Below are positions 1-14,406 of a stretch of 64,000 nucleotides of DNA, one piece after another; the first letter of the stretch is position 1, and each line of letters starts with the position of its first letter. The notes below the pieces were generated by a model. That model was given only the letters and a program-made list of their open reading frames with translations, was not told where the DNA came from and ran no database searches. Both the position numbers and the translations under genes were made by a program. This stretch comes from Antedon mediterranea. Taxonomy: Eukaryota; Animalia; Echinodermata. The DNA is taken from positions 5,518,001 through 5,582,000 of the forward strand of contig NC_092671.1 of assembly GCF_964355755.1 (NCBI RefSeq). Direction: 5' to 3'.

Positions 1-1532
1 CCTTTGGGACAAATTGGTTTTGACAGTATTAGAACTATACATTCACTATCAAAACAACATGAAGAGGGAGATTATCGTGTGAAAAAAATCAAATTATAAT
101 TAATGTTGAAAAGAGCTTATCAATATCAGCGTATGTGACGTTCACATATTTACAGAGAATTGTATGTTTAAATATGATTCTTTAATGGACCATGGATGAT
201 TATTTGTAGCCTCGGTAAACATTAATTTGTTTCGTTTTGACCAGGCACAGCACTTGGAATGATAATCATATCAAGTCTGTACAACAGTTGATAGAAACAA
301 AATAGAAAGTTATGGACATTAATGCAAAGTAAAGTAGTTGATAGATAGAAATAATTGAAATTAATAGAATGCTGCACGATTAATTAATTAATTGTTGGCA
401 TTAGTTTGTATTATTTTTAAATGTACTGTGTACAGCATGTCATCTTTAGTAGAAAAAAAAAAGTGAATTTAAGCTCCCTTTCCAATACCTCTAAATACCC
501 CTTACGAAAAATAAATATTTGCTGATTAGATACTTGTATGCCTTATTAGAAAATTATAGTTAATCAATTATTATATATTTTTGTTATTTGTTTGTAACTA
601 GTATTAGTATAGTAACTTTATTTCATACTGTAGGTACTGTAGTTTAGAGTTAGTAATGTGTTTCTTGCAAACTTATTGTATTAATGCTATCTGTGTATGT
701 GTACATGCAGGTACCTACAGTATAATTGTAAAGTTTGTGTATACTGTATGTTGTAGGTCATACTATGATTTGTACCAAATTTGATTGCCATTTTAATAGG
801 ATAAAACAATACAAACAAGGAAGCTTTATAAATTTGATCACTAGCAGGTTTATAAGGATTATTATGACCCTGGCATGTCTGCGATCGCAATTATGTCCAT
901 GATTTTATTTTAGTCGTGATACACATTTTTATCCCAAACATTCACAAGTAATTATTTATGTAATCTGTTTTGATTATTTATTGTAAATCGTCATGGTAAC
1001 TTGTATAATAAGCACAGACTATTATGTCGAAGTTTATCAAAAAAGAAGTTTGTAGTTATCATTATTATGGGGTTCACGTTTACAGACTAAGTGGGTGTTA
1101 TTGATAGCTCGTTTGCCCGTAGGGACAGATTATCCTTACTTTTATATAACTAAATGGGAACTTTGATTTTCTACAAAGTAGAGCGACAGATTTGGAAAGT
1201 ATCTTGAAATATAGTCACAAAAGAGAAGTTAAGTGTAGACGTGTACATAATCAGTTCTTTTCTTTGATAATAATCTATTGATTATAAATGTATGTTGTCA
1301 ATATACTGTACATCCAGCATGTACAAAAGGTATGTTGAATATAATACATCTACCTATAATAGTTCATAAGGCAATTTCCTTTTTGTTGTCTGTCATTGAA
1401 TGTACCTAGAAACCATCAAAGCTGTGCCGAGGAAGCATGTTACACTTTACAGCGTACCCACATTTGCACAATTAAATATCGTGAGCTACTGTCATTTGTT
1501 CCAAGGTCATCGGTCGTTTTGAAAGTTACCTA

Positions 1533-1799
1533 TTTATAAAAACCTCAAAACGCTGTACTACTATACACATTATTTACACCAGTCTTTTTTTTTCAAACAT
1601 ACTCCCATAATGCAGCTAGTAATCCGCGCAAAGTTGTGTTTTGACCTTATTACCAGGTACCCATTTGTACACCTGGATGTAGAGAGGTACCGGTAAGTAA
1701 AATGTCTTGCCTAGATACAAGCAATGTGACAAGCATTGGATTCAAACCCACGATCTCTTGATCATTAGTCCAACATTCAACACACAGCACCACATGCTC
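1533..1799 (-). mobile_element. Degenerate tRNA-derived SINE (family A)
   Basis: colinear with the 45718-46031 copy (catactcccataatgcagc, gcgcaaagttgtgt, gtacccattt.tacacctgg). Confidence 0.75.
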
Positions 1800-2509
1800 T
1801 ATGAACAAGGTAGTACTGTAGGTGTATTGAACATATTATTATTACTTAACTTAAAGTTATTTACGAATTACAGTAATCAACGCAAGCATTAATAGTTTGA
1901 AGTGCATCTTGCATTATGAATTAATTAGACTAAAATAGTTTATCATTATGATTGGCAGTTTTCTAATACTTTATGAAGAATGTGGTAATACACATTTTAT
2001 CCCAAACTATTGTAAATTTAAATTGGAACAGAAAGTAGAGTAGTCATTGGTACTTCAATGATTAGTGCTAAATTCATTGAATGACCCTTAAACACGCACG
2101 CAACTACTTTACAATGTTTCAAGTCTATTCTAAAGTGTGAAAGACTATTTACTTCAAAAGTTTTCAATGAAAGGAAACTGGGCATTGCCTTTTATTTGTG
2201 CAAGTACGGTTTTACTGTTCAAATAGTTTAGGTAATTGTTCATTTTGTGCTCAATCATAAGGTTATTGACTGCCAATGTAGTAGATTATTAGATAATCTT
2301 TGAAACTCTTTCATTGCTGTCATTGAATAGGTTTACATAGTGAAACGCTATTTATTTATCTTTATACTCGGTTGAGCAAAGTCGTTATAGTTTGATTAGG
2401 TTTTTGAAACATTATAGAATTTTTCAGCAAAGGATGGTATTAAATAGGCTATCGTATTGTATTTAACTTCAGTAAAATTTTTTTTAAATATATCAATTTC
2501 GTAAACTTG

Positions 2510-2640
2510 TTTGCCTTCCAATCGCAAGGTCCGGGGTTCAATCCTGTCCTAGTGCCTTGGTTGTACAGTAACTCACGACTCTTTCAACCCTACTCCCTAA
2601 GCCTAAAAAATGACAATTAGTTTATAAGCATGATAAATTA
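2510..2640 (+). mobile_element. tRNA(Gly)-like SINE (family B), partial
   Basis: gccttccaa...ggttcaatcc B-box-like head; reverse-complement copy at 42655-42800. Confidence 0.6.
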
Positions 2641-3696
2641 TATAATATTTATCCATCCTGTGTAATTGGTGGGTTTGTGCTTGCTGTTGAATGCATATGA
2701 AATCAAATTTGTTAAAATAAATATAAAAACAATTAGGGAAAAAAGAAAATTGATTAATTACTTTATTTCAAACCTTTTTAACAAGGGTTGTCCTAACCCC
2801 TTTAAACTGCATGCAATGTCTGGAAAATAAGAATAATCTTAAAGTTTAAACCATCCATTTCCGATTAGATCAACTCCCGGTACATTTAGCTGTAAAACTA
2901 AATGATTACTGTAGCTGGTTGAAAATTACTATTGGGAAGAGCCACTTTTCTACTTCATAATGCTGCTTTGTATTGTATAATCAATGAGCTCCTAACGTGA
3001 TGTAGAAAAACTATAAACAACTCTACCAAATAATGTCGATGCTCGTACAGATCATTTCCCTAAATTCAGAATAATCACAGGATTTATCTTTACCTGTCTG
3101 GAAAAATGTACTGATTTTTAGTAGCAACATTGAATTTGTACTGTTTTTCATTAGCATACTCTTTATTCTCAATTAACATTAAAATGTACACATACCTTAG
3201 AGAAATGATTTAGTACTTCATGGTCACACTACTGACCATTATGTTTTCAGACTAGTCAATAGTCTGTTTTGCATTATGAAAATGACCATTGTCCACCAAC
3301 TAATAAATAATTCTCAAAGCATAAGGTTATTTTTAATAGTGTCTGGTGGGAGTAGGCTACACAACTATTAATAATTTCTTTAAAAATGGAAATATTAATA
3401 ATAAATTACTAAACTAGCTGTAATTGATGACTTTTGTCACTAACTTAGCTGTGATAAAATAAAATAAAAAACTTGTAATAATACTTTAAACATGTTCTGT
3501 TGATAAATGAATTGACATCGTCGAGTGTCATATCTTCCAATCTTTGGTGTGAGATTTATTAAAATGTTATTTTAGACTTTTCACTTTTGCAAACATGCTA
3601 TCAATTATTTAGTAAATGAAAGTTGATGTTGTTGATTAAGTTGTTACTACAAATTATCCATTGCCTCTCTTATGTTTGACATGTTAAGCTCACTAA

Positions 3697-4116
3697 GGCC
3701 CCGTTTCTGCTGCCAATCCCAAATATACCGTATAAATATACCGTATATATACCGTATATAAAATTCGTGCACCGTTTTCCGCTGCACATACTTCATGGGT
3801 GGGCTGTAAAAAAGTTGGCTTTCATTACCCAAAATGCATTTCGTGAGAGTATGGATTGACCTCTAGAGTCTCGTGTAGTGGGCCGGGTCACATATACGGT
3901 ATATTTTGAGTGCAGCAGAAACGGGGTACGAAATATACGGTATATTTTGGAATATACCGTATAATATCCACAAACGATGGGGATATTTATGCGGTATATA
4001 TACCGCATATATATACGGTATATTTTTTATGAGACCCGTTTCTGCTGCCAAAAAATATACCGTATATAAAATATACCGTATATATACGGTATATTTTTGG
4101 CAGCAGAAACAGGGCC
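3697..4116. mobile_element. PIF/Harbinger-type MITE, 420 bp
   Basis: TIR GGCCCCGTTTCTGCTGCCAA / TTGGCAGCAGAAACAGGGCC, TAA on both flanks, internal ATATACCGT repeats. Confidence 0.85.
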
Positions 4117-7100
4117 TAATAAGTCCTAATTCTACATTTTCAGACCACCCAAGTCCCAGAATTATCCTAGGGTGTATGAGATAAACATTTACAGTATGTT
4201 TCATAGCTATACAGGGCTCCTATTTACATTGCCCTGTGAACCTGTAAAGTGTTTAGAGGGCCTGTTTCTGTTGCATAACCCTGAATAACCATTTATTTTA
4301 AATTAGATTAAGAAATAAAATGTACACTGTACTGACCTCATTTCTGATTTCATTTTGTGCTCCCAAAAACATCAGTAGGTGTAGGTCGTTGGTAAAATGT
4401 CAACATTACCCAAAATGCAATGTATTCAGAGGATCAGTCAAGATTTTGTGATAGTTGACCCTGGTCAATGGCGATCAACTGCTAAACGTTTCACAGTAAA
4501 TGCTGTTCGAACACCCACTCGAGTGTTTTTAACCAGAATAGAACGCCATTACTAGTTATTTAAAATTTGTCCCATAATTTGGGAGCATTTATTTACACAT
4601 TTATGAATCAATATTTGCTCGCAGTTCAATTTTTGGATATTTTAAAAAATTTGTCTATTTTGCTGTTAACAATAATGAAACACAATTGGTTATTTTACTG
4701 CGGAATCAGTGTTTAGAAATTATCCCATATTATTAGATAATTTCCTAATTGCATTTAAAGAAAACTGTCATTATCAACCCACAACATTTAAGCTCTTTAA
4801 AGGAAGCAATTTGACTGAAAGTAAGTCATATCAATATTATAAAAAAAAATTGAAATAGGTCAACTTGGTTGATACATTTTTATAATAGATTATTGTCGGT
4901 TGTTGTCACAAAGAAAACTGGAAGTTGGAATTCTACCAAGATCTAATATTTTGAAATTCCACATATTTATTGAAGCTTATATTTAACATTGAGTATATGG
5001 AATTAAAAGTATAAAGGAAATTGGATCAAAGTATATCTAAATCTGCATTAAGATTGCTTAATTAATTAATTTCAATTATTTATATCATAATTAATAATTA
5101 TATAAAATAATGAAACAGATGATGATTCAGTGGGGAGTTGTTGGTGGTACAGTAGATGTTCATTTGTTTAAAACTATTGTATATTTATATACATCAAGAA
5201 AGTATATATAAGTAAGTATAAACTGATTGTTAAAATGACTGAGTTATTGCGCCGCTCCCTTTAGGCAGTTATACAGTAGTCCAGAGGACGGAAACATTAC
5301 AAAAGAGTATAACGCGAAAGCTATTACTTACAAAGGCTGAAAAAATGGAAATTTGTAAACTCAGACATGGGCATGCACACCTCCTGCCTTAGTGCTAAAA
5401 GCATCATTAAGGAAGAACAATTAATAAAACTGTCATTGAATCGAGCGGCGTTTTTTGTAAGAAATATTTCTTATTTTTATATTGGTACTACACAAGGAAT
5501 AACAAGGTTTATCTTCAAGGTCATAGAAATGATAACATATTATCTTAATTTTTTTTAATAAAAACAAAATCAACCTCGCCTTGGTCTTTAGTGTCATTAT
5601 GTTTATTATTGATCACTTTATTTTTACAAATCTTCATCCATTTTCTTGTTGCTACACCACAAACTGTTTACTGTAGTTTGTGTGTTTTTAGTTTTTGATC
5701 TTTATAATCCAATGTATCAGACATTACTCTTCAAACTTGACCTATTTCTGGCCTGGGTCATCTTTCCAGTAAAAAAAAATACAAATGAAAAATGAATTTT
5801 TTAGGAAGTTAATGATATAGATATTCAGAAAGTCTTTACTAATAAACTAAAAATATATTAATTTATGTAAAAACGAGCAAATATGTTGCTACCTTTACTT
5901 GTGACCAACCTATGGCCCAACCGTAAATCACACCAACAACATTTAAACAACAAATGCATGACTGCTCTGAACTTCAAAATCAAATATACAGTAATACATT
6001 TTGTTAGATATTATTGTATGTTAATATAGATTTATTATTTCCTGGGAAATAAATAAAAATAGTATCATTACAGGTACTGTACAAACTATTTTTAGAAAGG
6101 AGGAACTGCTCAAAATGTAAATAAAGTAAACATGCCAGAAACATTTTGTTTTCCTTTTTTTTTTCTAGTGTATTTTAAAAAGAAGTACAGTATTCAGTAT
6201 AGAGATAAATAAATTTGTTATGAATTTTGTTTACAATAAATGTAATAATTATTGTTTGCCACAAATGATTTTAAATTTAAAAAAAGAAAATGAAATAGGC
6301 CAGAGAGAAAATATCTCCTATTCTATGGTTGTCATTACATCGCGGATAATACAGTAGTCATGCATTTCTGTTGGAATTGAATAAAAGGGCGTGGATGCAA
6401 TTGCTCAAAACACTTAGGATTTAGCGATAATCTTACTTGTATAGAGCTGGTCATTTAATTTTCTTTGTCTGTACATCGTAAAATGCAATGCTGTAATATT
6501 GATTGTATTTTATACTTTTAGATGAATTTTTGTTGTACAGTAGTATGTAGGAGGAATATTTTGTATTCAGTGATGTAAAAGTAATTAACGAAAATGAAAG
6601 CTCAAACTACAGTGACTGAATTTGAGGTTTCACTATACAAATGTGTGTTATATAGAGATTGAAAAAGATTTAGCTACCAAACACTAAGGGTATATTCAAA
6701 CCATAGAGAATTCTCCATGGTTCAGACCATCTATTATAGTATGGTCATATTGAAATTAGTGTTAGCGAAAAATGTAAGCATTTTAAAAATTATTCTACAT
6801 TTCCTCCAAGTTTTAATATTATAATAGCAACTTTGAAAAACAAAGAAGGACACTATATATAATAACATTTACTTTGCATTCCATCAGTTTTCAGACTAAA
6901 AGTTTCTTTAAATTAAGGAAGGAAAGACATGATTCATGGTTTCTATCAAAAAGGACAGAATTCCATCCTTCTTCAAATTCTTTGTATTGTCCTTCATGGT
7001 AATGAAAGAAAAGTGAGGGCTAAAAAAAGTAGCCTCAAGCCAGTCAAGACCAAAGGTCAAGTTAGAATAGGTCAAATAAAAATAAAGTAAATTTAGTAGC

Positions 7101-10100
7101 AACAGTTGTACAATTTAAATCACAGTCACATTTTTACCATTACACAAATTAACAGTTCACATTTTTTCATCTTCGGCCAGGAAAATTTTTGTTAAAAGCC
7201 AAGAACCGAATCACATAGTCCTTGTCTCAGGACTATTAGAAAAGAAATATACATTATATAAACTATTTACAGTACCAGTATACGTTTTCAAACGTGGAGT
7301 ACATTTCCTACTGTATGTCACTGTAAGATTTTTACCAAAATAAGTACAGTGTGAAACCTGTAAACGGGCTATTTGATACAAGACAAGCAGATAGCTTTTG
7401 TTACTTTGAAAATTGGCTTCTTCTTAACAGGAATCTCGTGGATGTAAACATGTGTACAGACATTGAATATAAGCAACTTCAACCTACTTCAATTGTAAAA
7501 TAAACCATGTACAAACATGAATAACTTGTACTTTTAGTAGTTTAATTGTTGAAGTTAAAGGTAGTATTTACACTTGCCATTGGCTATTTATGTTTTAAGT
7601 AGTTTTAGGTAAAGGCTGTACGAGTACATCGCAGCTGATCATTTTAAAGCTGTATCATTTCACCTATCATTTCAGAGTCCCCAGTTTAATATCTACAAGA
7701 TAGGCTATAAATTGACAGACACTTGGTTTGTTTGGTGAATATGACGAGTTATCTTTTCACAATTCTAAAACCTATTTAAAAATCGCCATCAGGTTTAATT
7801 TTTTATTAGCAATAACATCATAAGAAACATCTTTTAATATTAATTTGTAGTACACTGTATTAAATATAAAACTCTTGCCAAAAACCTGTAGCACTCACTT
7901 TTTGGGAAAACTTGAGGTTAATTGTATGGAGTTAAAGAAAGAATGAAATGTGTTTTTATTTTTACCAAAGTAAAGTACATAATTTGTGATTTATGTTATC
8001 TTAAAGGTACCACCTTTACCTAACTGTTACATTTAGGAAATTTCAATACCTTTAACAAGTGAAATGATCCTAATAACTTGACTTCAAAGGAGAAGAGTCC
8101 TTGTTCTTAATTAGTATCATTTGTTAACTAATGACCGTCTTTTACATACAGACGAAATTAGTTAAGGTAGTCATATTATCACTCAATAAACTAATTGCTA
8201 GAACAGGATGAATTGGTTAAATTCTTGTTCATTTAATGGCCTGATTAGTAAAGTACATCTGTATAGGAATTGCTAATGCAATTTGCTACTAAATAGTTTT
8301 CAAACAAATATTTTAAATAGCAATGTGTTGCATATCGATGGAATTATGTCTCTTGCATTGCAGCATTAGTTATTATTAGACCAGGTAGTTTAATTAGTAA
8401 TTGGTTTCTTTCATTTGAAATGTCGCCTTTTCCTTTTAAACTTTGTAGTTTATTGGTATAAAAACCTCATATTACAGACAGTAGACTTTAGTCCAAATAC
8501 CTTGAATTGGGAATAACCTTTTGCAATATAAATACATTCTGAAATATTCAATATTGTTACTAATCCCGTTGAATTGAGCATATTGAAATTATATAACTTA
8601 AGTCCATTAGTTATAGACTGTAACTACAGTGTTAAACAACAATTACAAAAGGTATCTGGTATGACCCAACCCACCCTCAACTCCCCAAATTCCAGTAATT
8701 TTGGTCAGTATATTGGGTCCTCAAGACGCATAAATATTGTTCCTCTGCCACTGTATAAATTCTTTTTCCAAACTTGATCCAAGTTTACAGTCTCTTTTTT
8801 ATTCTCCACACCATCAACAGCGAGTCAAAACCACTAACACTATTTTCACAAAATCATTGTAAATAAGAATATTAAAGAATATAAATTTAACTTTTAAAAT
8901 ATTATATGACAGCGCATCAAATTGTTACAAGTTCAGCAAACTTTTTTTTGTCACGTTTAAAAAATATTTAATAAAGTACCTACAAATTGATATATGAAAG
9001 TAAAAAGTAAATTCTTTACAAATTTTGGTTTTAACGTTCTTTTCATACCTCATTGACTTTTGGCGTGTCATATATTTTCTTTTCATTCAATTCAAAGGTA
9101 GATTTAACCCAGACTTAATACATTTTTTTTTAAATCCAGCTTTTGTTATTAAACTTTTAAATATTATATTCTTGTATGAATTTCATTAAATTTATTGTGG
9201 GAAAAACTGTGTTGAAGAATTAAAAGCCCAACATGTTCCTGTCAATCTTAATGGTAATAAAACCAGACTGTAAAAATTCAATTTGTTTTCTTTTCTAAAT
9301 GGTAAATGCAAATTAGTTGTCGGTTTATTTCTGTGAATTACAATGCAAATGAAGAAGATGATTAAAAGTTTAGAAAGAAAATACTACAACAGTCTACAAT
9401 ATTCAACCTGTTGGTTTCATCGCTGTTGGTTGACAACTGAATAAAATAATAAATTGATAAATAAATAAATATCTAAATGCATCAGATTATAAATCTTCTT
9501 AGTTCTATTATAATTATTCTGAAATCATAGTTTCATCTACAATGTACTATAGTAGTAGGCCTAGAACCCTTCATTTGGGACACTTTTATTATAAAAGTGT
9601 CCCAAATGGGATGTGGCTAGCCTGTGGATAAAGTTTATCCAGAAGCTAGACACATGCACTGCCTAAAGGAAAACCCATAATGTGTTTATACCCAGATGTT
9701 TTTTTTCTGTCATCAAAGAACATTTTTTTTCTGATGACCAAATTAACTTCACTTTAGAGATGAACAAGTTATGCCTACTAAAACAGTTTTATGCTTTTTT
9801 TTATTATTAAACAGTGCTTTCCTGTTCTTTAAAAGAACAGGAAAGCAATATCATTTTCCAATTTATTTAATGTTTATTGAAACTTAATTGTAAACTACTG
9901 TATATTAATGGTAATATGGATAGACCTAAATATTTCCTGCAATTTTAGTTTGTGGTAGTATTGCTGTTAAGTAGATGCTGGAAAGTAGGCTTAATTTTCT
10001 AGTGCTTCCTACATACTCTGTCAATGATGGCCTACGCATGCTGAAACCCCATAAACACAGTTCCTGTCACCTTCAGATCAAAGAATAACCGAACTTTAAT

Positions 10101-11487
10101 GAATAGTTTTATCAATATCAATTAAGTTATTACCTATTACCTATATTGTATGTAGACAATTATCTTTACCACAGAAAACTTAACCTATTAATGCAGTTGA
10201 CAGATCTTGGTAGAATTTAGAAAGGAAAAGAGGTGTGGATAGAGGGTGTTGGAATGGTCTAAAGAGACTTAATTTAGGATGGGGAAAGTGAGCGAATACA
10301 TTAAATAGTTGATCTGTGCAATTTATAAAATAAGTATTTTTAACCTTTAAAACAATTTTCGCAATGTCGAGTTTGCATTTTTCAATCTTTCCTATTTACA
10401 TACCATAATTTCTCTGCTTTGTGTACAATACATGACATTGATATCTTTGTACTCTATAATACACACATCTTACACTTTCATGGACCACTTCTATGTTCCT
10501 ACAGTAAACAGTAGCACTAGAGTATTAAATTAGCCTTGGCCTTGGTATACATGGTAATCAACTGGTATCAAATAAAAAGTACAACCTGAATATTGTAAAG
10601 TCATTCAGTTACCCAGTTCCAATCAAAAAAGCAATTTAATTGTTTTTGCATACTACTGTAGGCTAGTGTACAATAAGAAATACCTTAGCTTTCTTTAGTA
10701 ATTAGTTTATTTTATTAATTTAAATTGAGCTTAGTACTAATTGTACAATTTTTCATAGTATTTTATAATTGTGAACTTTTGAGAATTAATCTTTGATTAT
10801 AAATTACCATACAGTTTTAAATTTGGTAATTTAGATCTAATAGTTTATTCTTTAATAATTATTTTGTAAAGAAAGAATTTCACATGAAGGTTTAATTAAT
10901 GACATCATTTAAGTGTAATTGAAACTTATGCATTTGAACTTGTCGGTCATAAAAGAGATAAGATCTGTTTATCCTTGATTAATGAGGGTCTTCAGTCTGA
11001 AGGATGACAATCACTGGACAAATACACTGACCATAAGCCCACTGACTTCAGCCTGATTAGGTTTTAATTGCATGTTAGATCCTAATGGGAGTGTCTGTAG
11101 GCTGTGAGCTATTTTAAGTGATTCTTGTCGGCTGGTCTCATAGACTATGTCCATAATGTCCTAAGGAATAAAACTTTATTTTTAAGTTTGGATTTCTTGT
11201 TATGATCGATGAGTAAATGGGTACCGGATGATTAGAAAATGTATTTCGTGCTTAGCTTACCTGGATAAACCGACAATTGCCTGGGCTCTTTTGGAGAATT
11301 ATGACTTAGTATTATACTTTATAGTATGTCAGTATATCTTGTCATTGCTTTGACAATATCAAAGTCTGGGTAGCCTACTGTACAATCTTGTTGCTTGTTT
11401 TTTTACCAAATTTTGTGTGGGTTATGTAGGTCAAAGTAAGCACTTAAGTGGGCCTAGTTTAGATTTTTGTACATTTACGTAGTCTAA

Positions 11488-12148
11488 GACCCCATTTACA
11501 CTTACGATTTAGGCCGGCCCTGGGTCGGCCCTGGGTCGGCAATTGATAAGTGTAAATACTCCAAAAAGTTAGGCCGGCCCTGGGCCGGACGCAGATCTGG
11601 GCCACCTCTCCAGGTAGGTTCAGGAGCGGCTTTTACGTTTGGGCCGGCTTACGCAGTGAACCGTGAACAACGTTTGACCTTTTTATGAGGTTGTTGTTAT
11701 GACGATCCGACATTCTCAGTACATACCTTCCTCCTTTTCGGGCGACAATTTGTTTTCTTCATTATATAGTTAAATTTATTTTCAGACATCTTCTTTCAAT
11801 AAAGTATTCCTCCGCTTGTTTCGCATATACATAAAATATAGCCATATTATATATAAAACAGTGGGGTTCATTTTGTTTTTAATGGGACAAAAAACAACAA
11901 TACAGTACTATAAATATAAAACGGTCGGTTCGCGCGGAGAGTTGAATTGACGATCGAGAGAGAAAAATGTAAACAAACTGTACTTCGTATCCCAGCATGC
12001 AATGGTACTTCCGATAAAATTATTTACGACCAGTAATCTGTGTCGGTAGTGTAAACGCTCTGGGCCGGCCTAAAAAGTAAATATTTGCAACCGGCCCAGG
12101 ACCGACCCAGGACCGGCCCTGGACCCAAACGAAAGTGTAAATGGGGTC
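11488..12148 (+). mobile_element. PIF/Harbinger-type MITE, copy 1 (661 bp)
   Basis: TIR GACCCCATTTACACTT, flanks TAA/TTA, subterminal GGCCCTGGGTC repeats. Confidence 0.85.
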
Positions 12149-14183
12149 TTAGTTCACCCACTCTTCCTGAAAGGCCCCATTTTATTGTTAGGCGATATAA
12201 TTTGTCAGATTTATGTAACAAAAAGGTTTTAAACATATTTTTTGTTAGTTTTACTTTAGTAAAAGCAAAAATGATTACGCTATTTTTATGCTAGAATCAA
12301 TTCTGTATCTAACTGGAAAATATTATTCAACAGCTCTTAAATTAGGGTCTTCCGTTTCTCGCGGTGCCTTTAAAGATTTTAAAATCTAATTAGCATTGTA
12401 CAAATGTCTATTATTTATTATTGTACACTTGCTCCATACATCCCACAATACTGTACATGCATTTGTTCTATTAAGAATTTTGTATGATTTATGCATGGGC
12501 ATGATAACTGGAGTAATAGATTTTGTTCCAGATATTCACGATGAGTGCCTTAATAATGATAAACTAGTCTACTTATCATACCCCCAGGTTTTTACAGTCG
12601 TAGTTAGTTGGAATGTTTTATGCAAAAGTTAAATAATTAGTCCCCAGCATGTCATAATTATAATATTACAAAATAAATTATACAATACACAAGTAGGTTA
12701 ATTATACAAGTTGTATATTCTCCATGGTATAAAACAAAGCTATGGAAAATTTTTTAAGCATGATTCAGTTTTATTATCATTCTAGATGTGAAGAAAATTG
12801 TTACATCGCCACTAACCATGAAATGTGAAGATGACACTTGTGTTATCAATCATTCCAAATGATTTTGATGGTCAGTTCGCTTTTTTATGGTAATTATATT
12901 TAATGGAGCTACATGTTTCTTGCCTGTCCATATGTATCAACATTTTAGTCACTAGACACGTCTTTTATTTGTAGCAAAATGAGCAACACAACTTGCTAAT
13001 ATTTTGATTAATTAATTATTTCTGGAAAAAGTTGAATTACAAAAATTGGCATATCAATATTCTATTGTTTTGAAAAAAATCTATCAAATTACCAATTAGC
13101 TACAGTATGATAAATGTTGTGCACTTCTAGAAAATGTGTTTGCTGAGGCCTATTTTCAAAATCTAAATTTAGATGCTTCTTTCTTCATGAACCCTTGCCT
13201 CGCATATGCCAAATTTCTTACATTATGCTATCTCTCACATAGTGCAGTGGTGCGATATACAATGAGGCCTATATGTGATTAGAGGAATAGTACAGTACGT
13301 ATTATTTAGATTATGTAGAGACATTTAATACTCTTGACCCAAAGATCATTCAGTGAAAGTAAAGAAATTATTGGACAACAAACTGCATTGTTTGGTCCTG
13401 TAATAGATTTTCGAGGATTATTCTTGTTTCAATTTTGTTGATATTCTAGATATAGGAATTCTTTCTTGTTTAACTCTAGGATATACAAAGTGTTTGTTGT
13501 TGATCTAGCAACTAATAATGGCTTTGTTCTTAAATTTATTCATTTTGTTAACTTTAGACGTTTCATTTTTTTTGCCGGACAGCAGAATAGTTGTTACTCA
13601 GGGATTACATTATAATATTATATACAATCTCTATTAATGTTGTCCAATTTGTTGTAAGCAAAAGAAATTTATATAGATATAGATAATTAAAACTGATCAA
13701 GAAATATTTCTTACAAAAAGCGCTGCTCGACATTTAAAAATTAATCATTGTTCTTTCTTCAGATATATTTATGATTAATTATTAAAAAGATGTCCTTTAA
13801 TTGCAAAAATACACATCATATGCCCATTTAAAAATGGACAATTTTGAACTTTACTCAACCTATAGGCATACAACTGAATACCCTCTAGAGACAACGTAAC
13901 TTCATGGCGGTACAAGTGAGAAAATTCTTCCCAGTCTGTTGATTCGTGTCTTAACTAATCAAAGGGCGACAATCCAAAATCGTTCAACCGTGAGCCCTCA
14001 TAGACTCTCTTTTCCCATACGTTTTTTTGGGTCCAGCAGCTGGGATCTATAAATTATAGTCAAGTTTACAAAGTCGCAAAACTGCCGGCCACTGCTGCTT
14101 GCTTTAGCTTCTGAATCCCTCATGGGATGTAGCTGGCTAGAGCAGCAGTGTGAAAAAAAATATAAGTTATCTTTGAGTAGATT

Positions 14184-14349
14184 TGTAGAACTTTTCCTTT
14201 GGGGTCATCCCTCTTCAGGGGACATCCCCATCAATGGGCACTTTCCTGTGAAACAGTGTATGTTTTAAAAACCACAGCCAATCCATATTTCGGGAAACCC
14301 CTATAAATATAGGGGCCCCAATTGTGTCACCTTACTAGAGTTCTACTGC
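14184..14349. mobile_element. Degenerate Tc1/mariner-like MITE (CAGTAGAACC family)
   Basis: gtagaac...gttctactg ends, ggggaca motifs shared with the 20705, 30336 and 52306 copies. Confidence 0.5.
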
Positions 14350-14406
14350 ATAAGCTTTTTAAATATTACGGATGTTTGCGTTACTTTTAAGAAGGACATC
14401 TATGTA

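Noticed and set aside
3647-4204. Four overlapping Tyr/Ile-rich ORFs
   Set aside because: Artefacts of ATATACCGT repeats in a MITE; no protein motif
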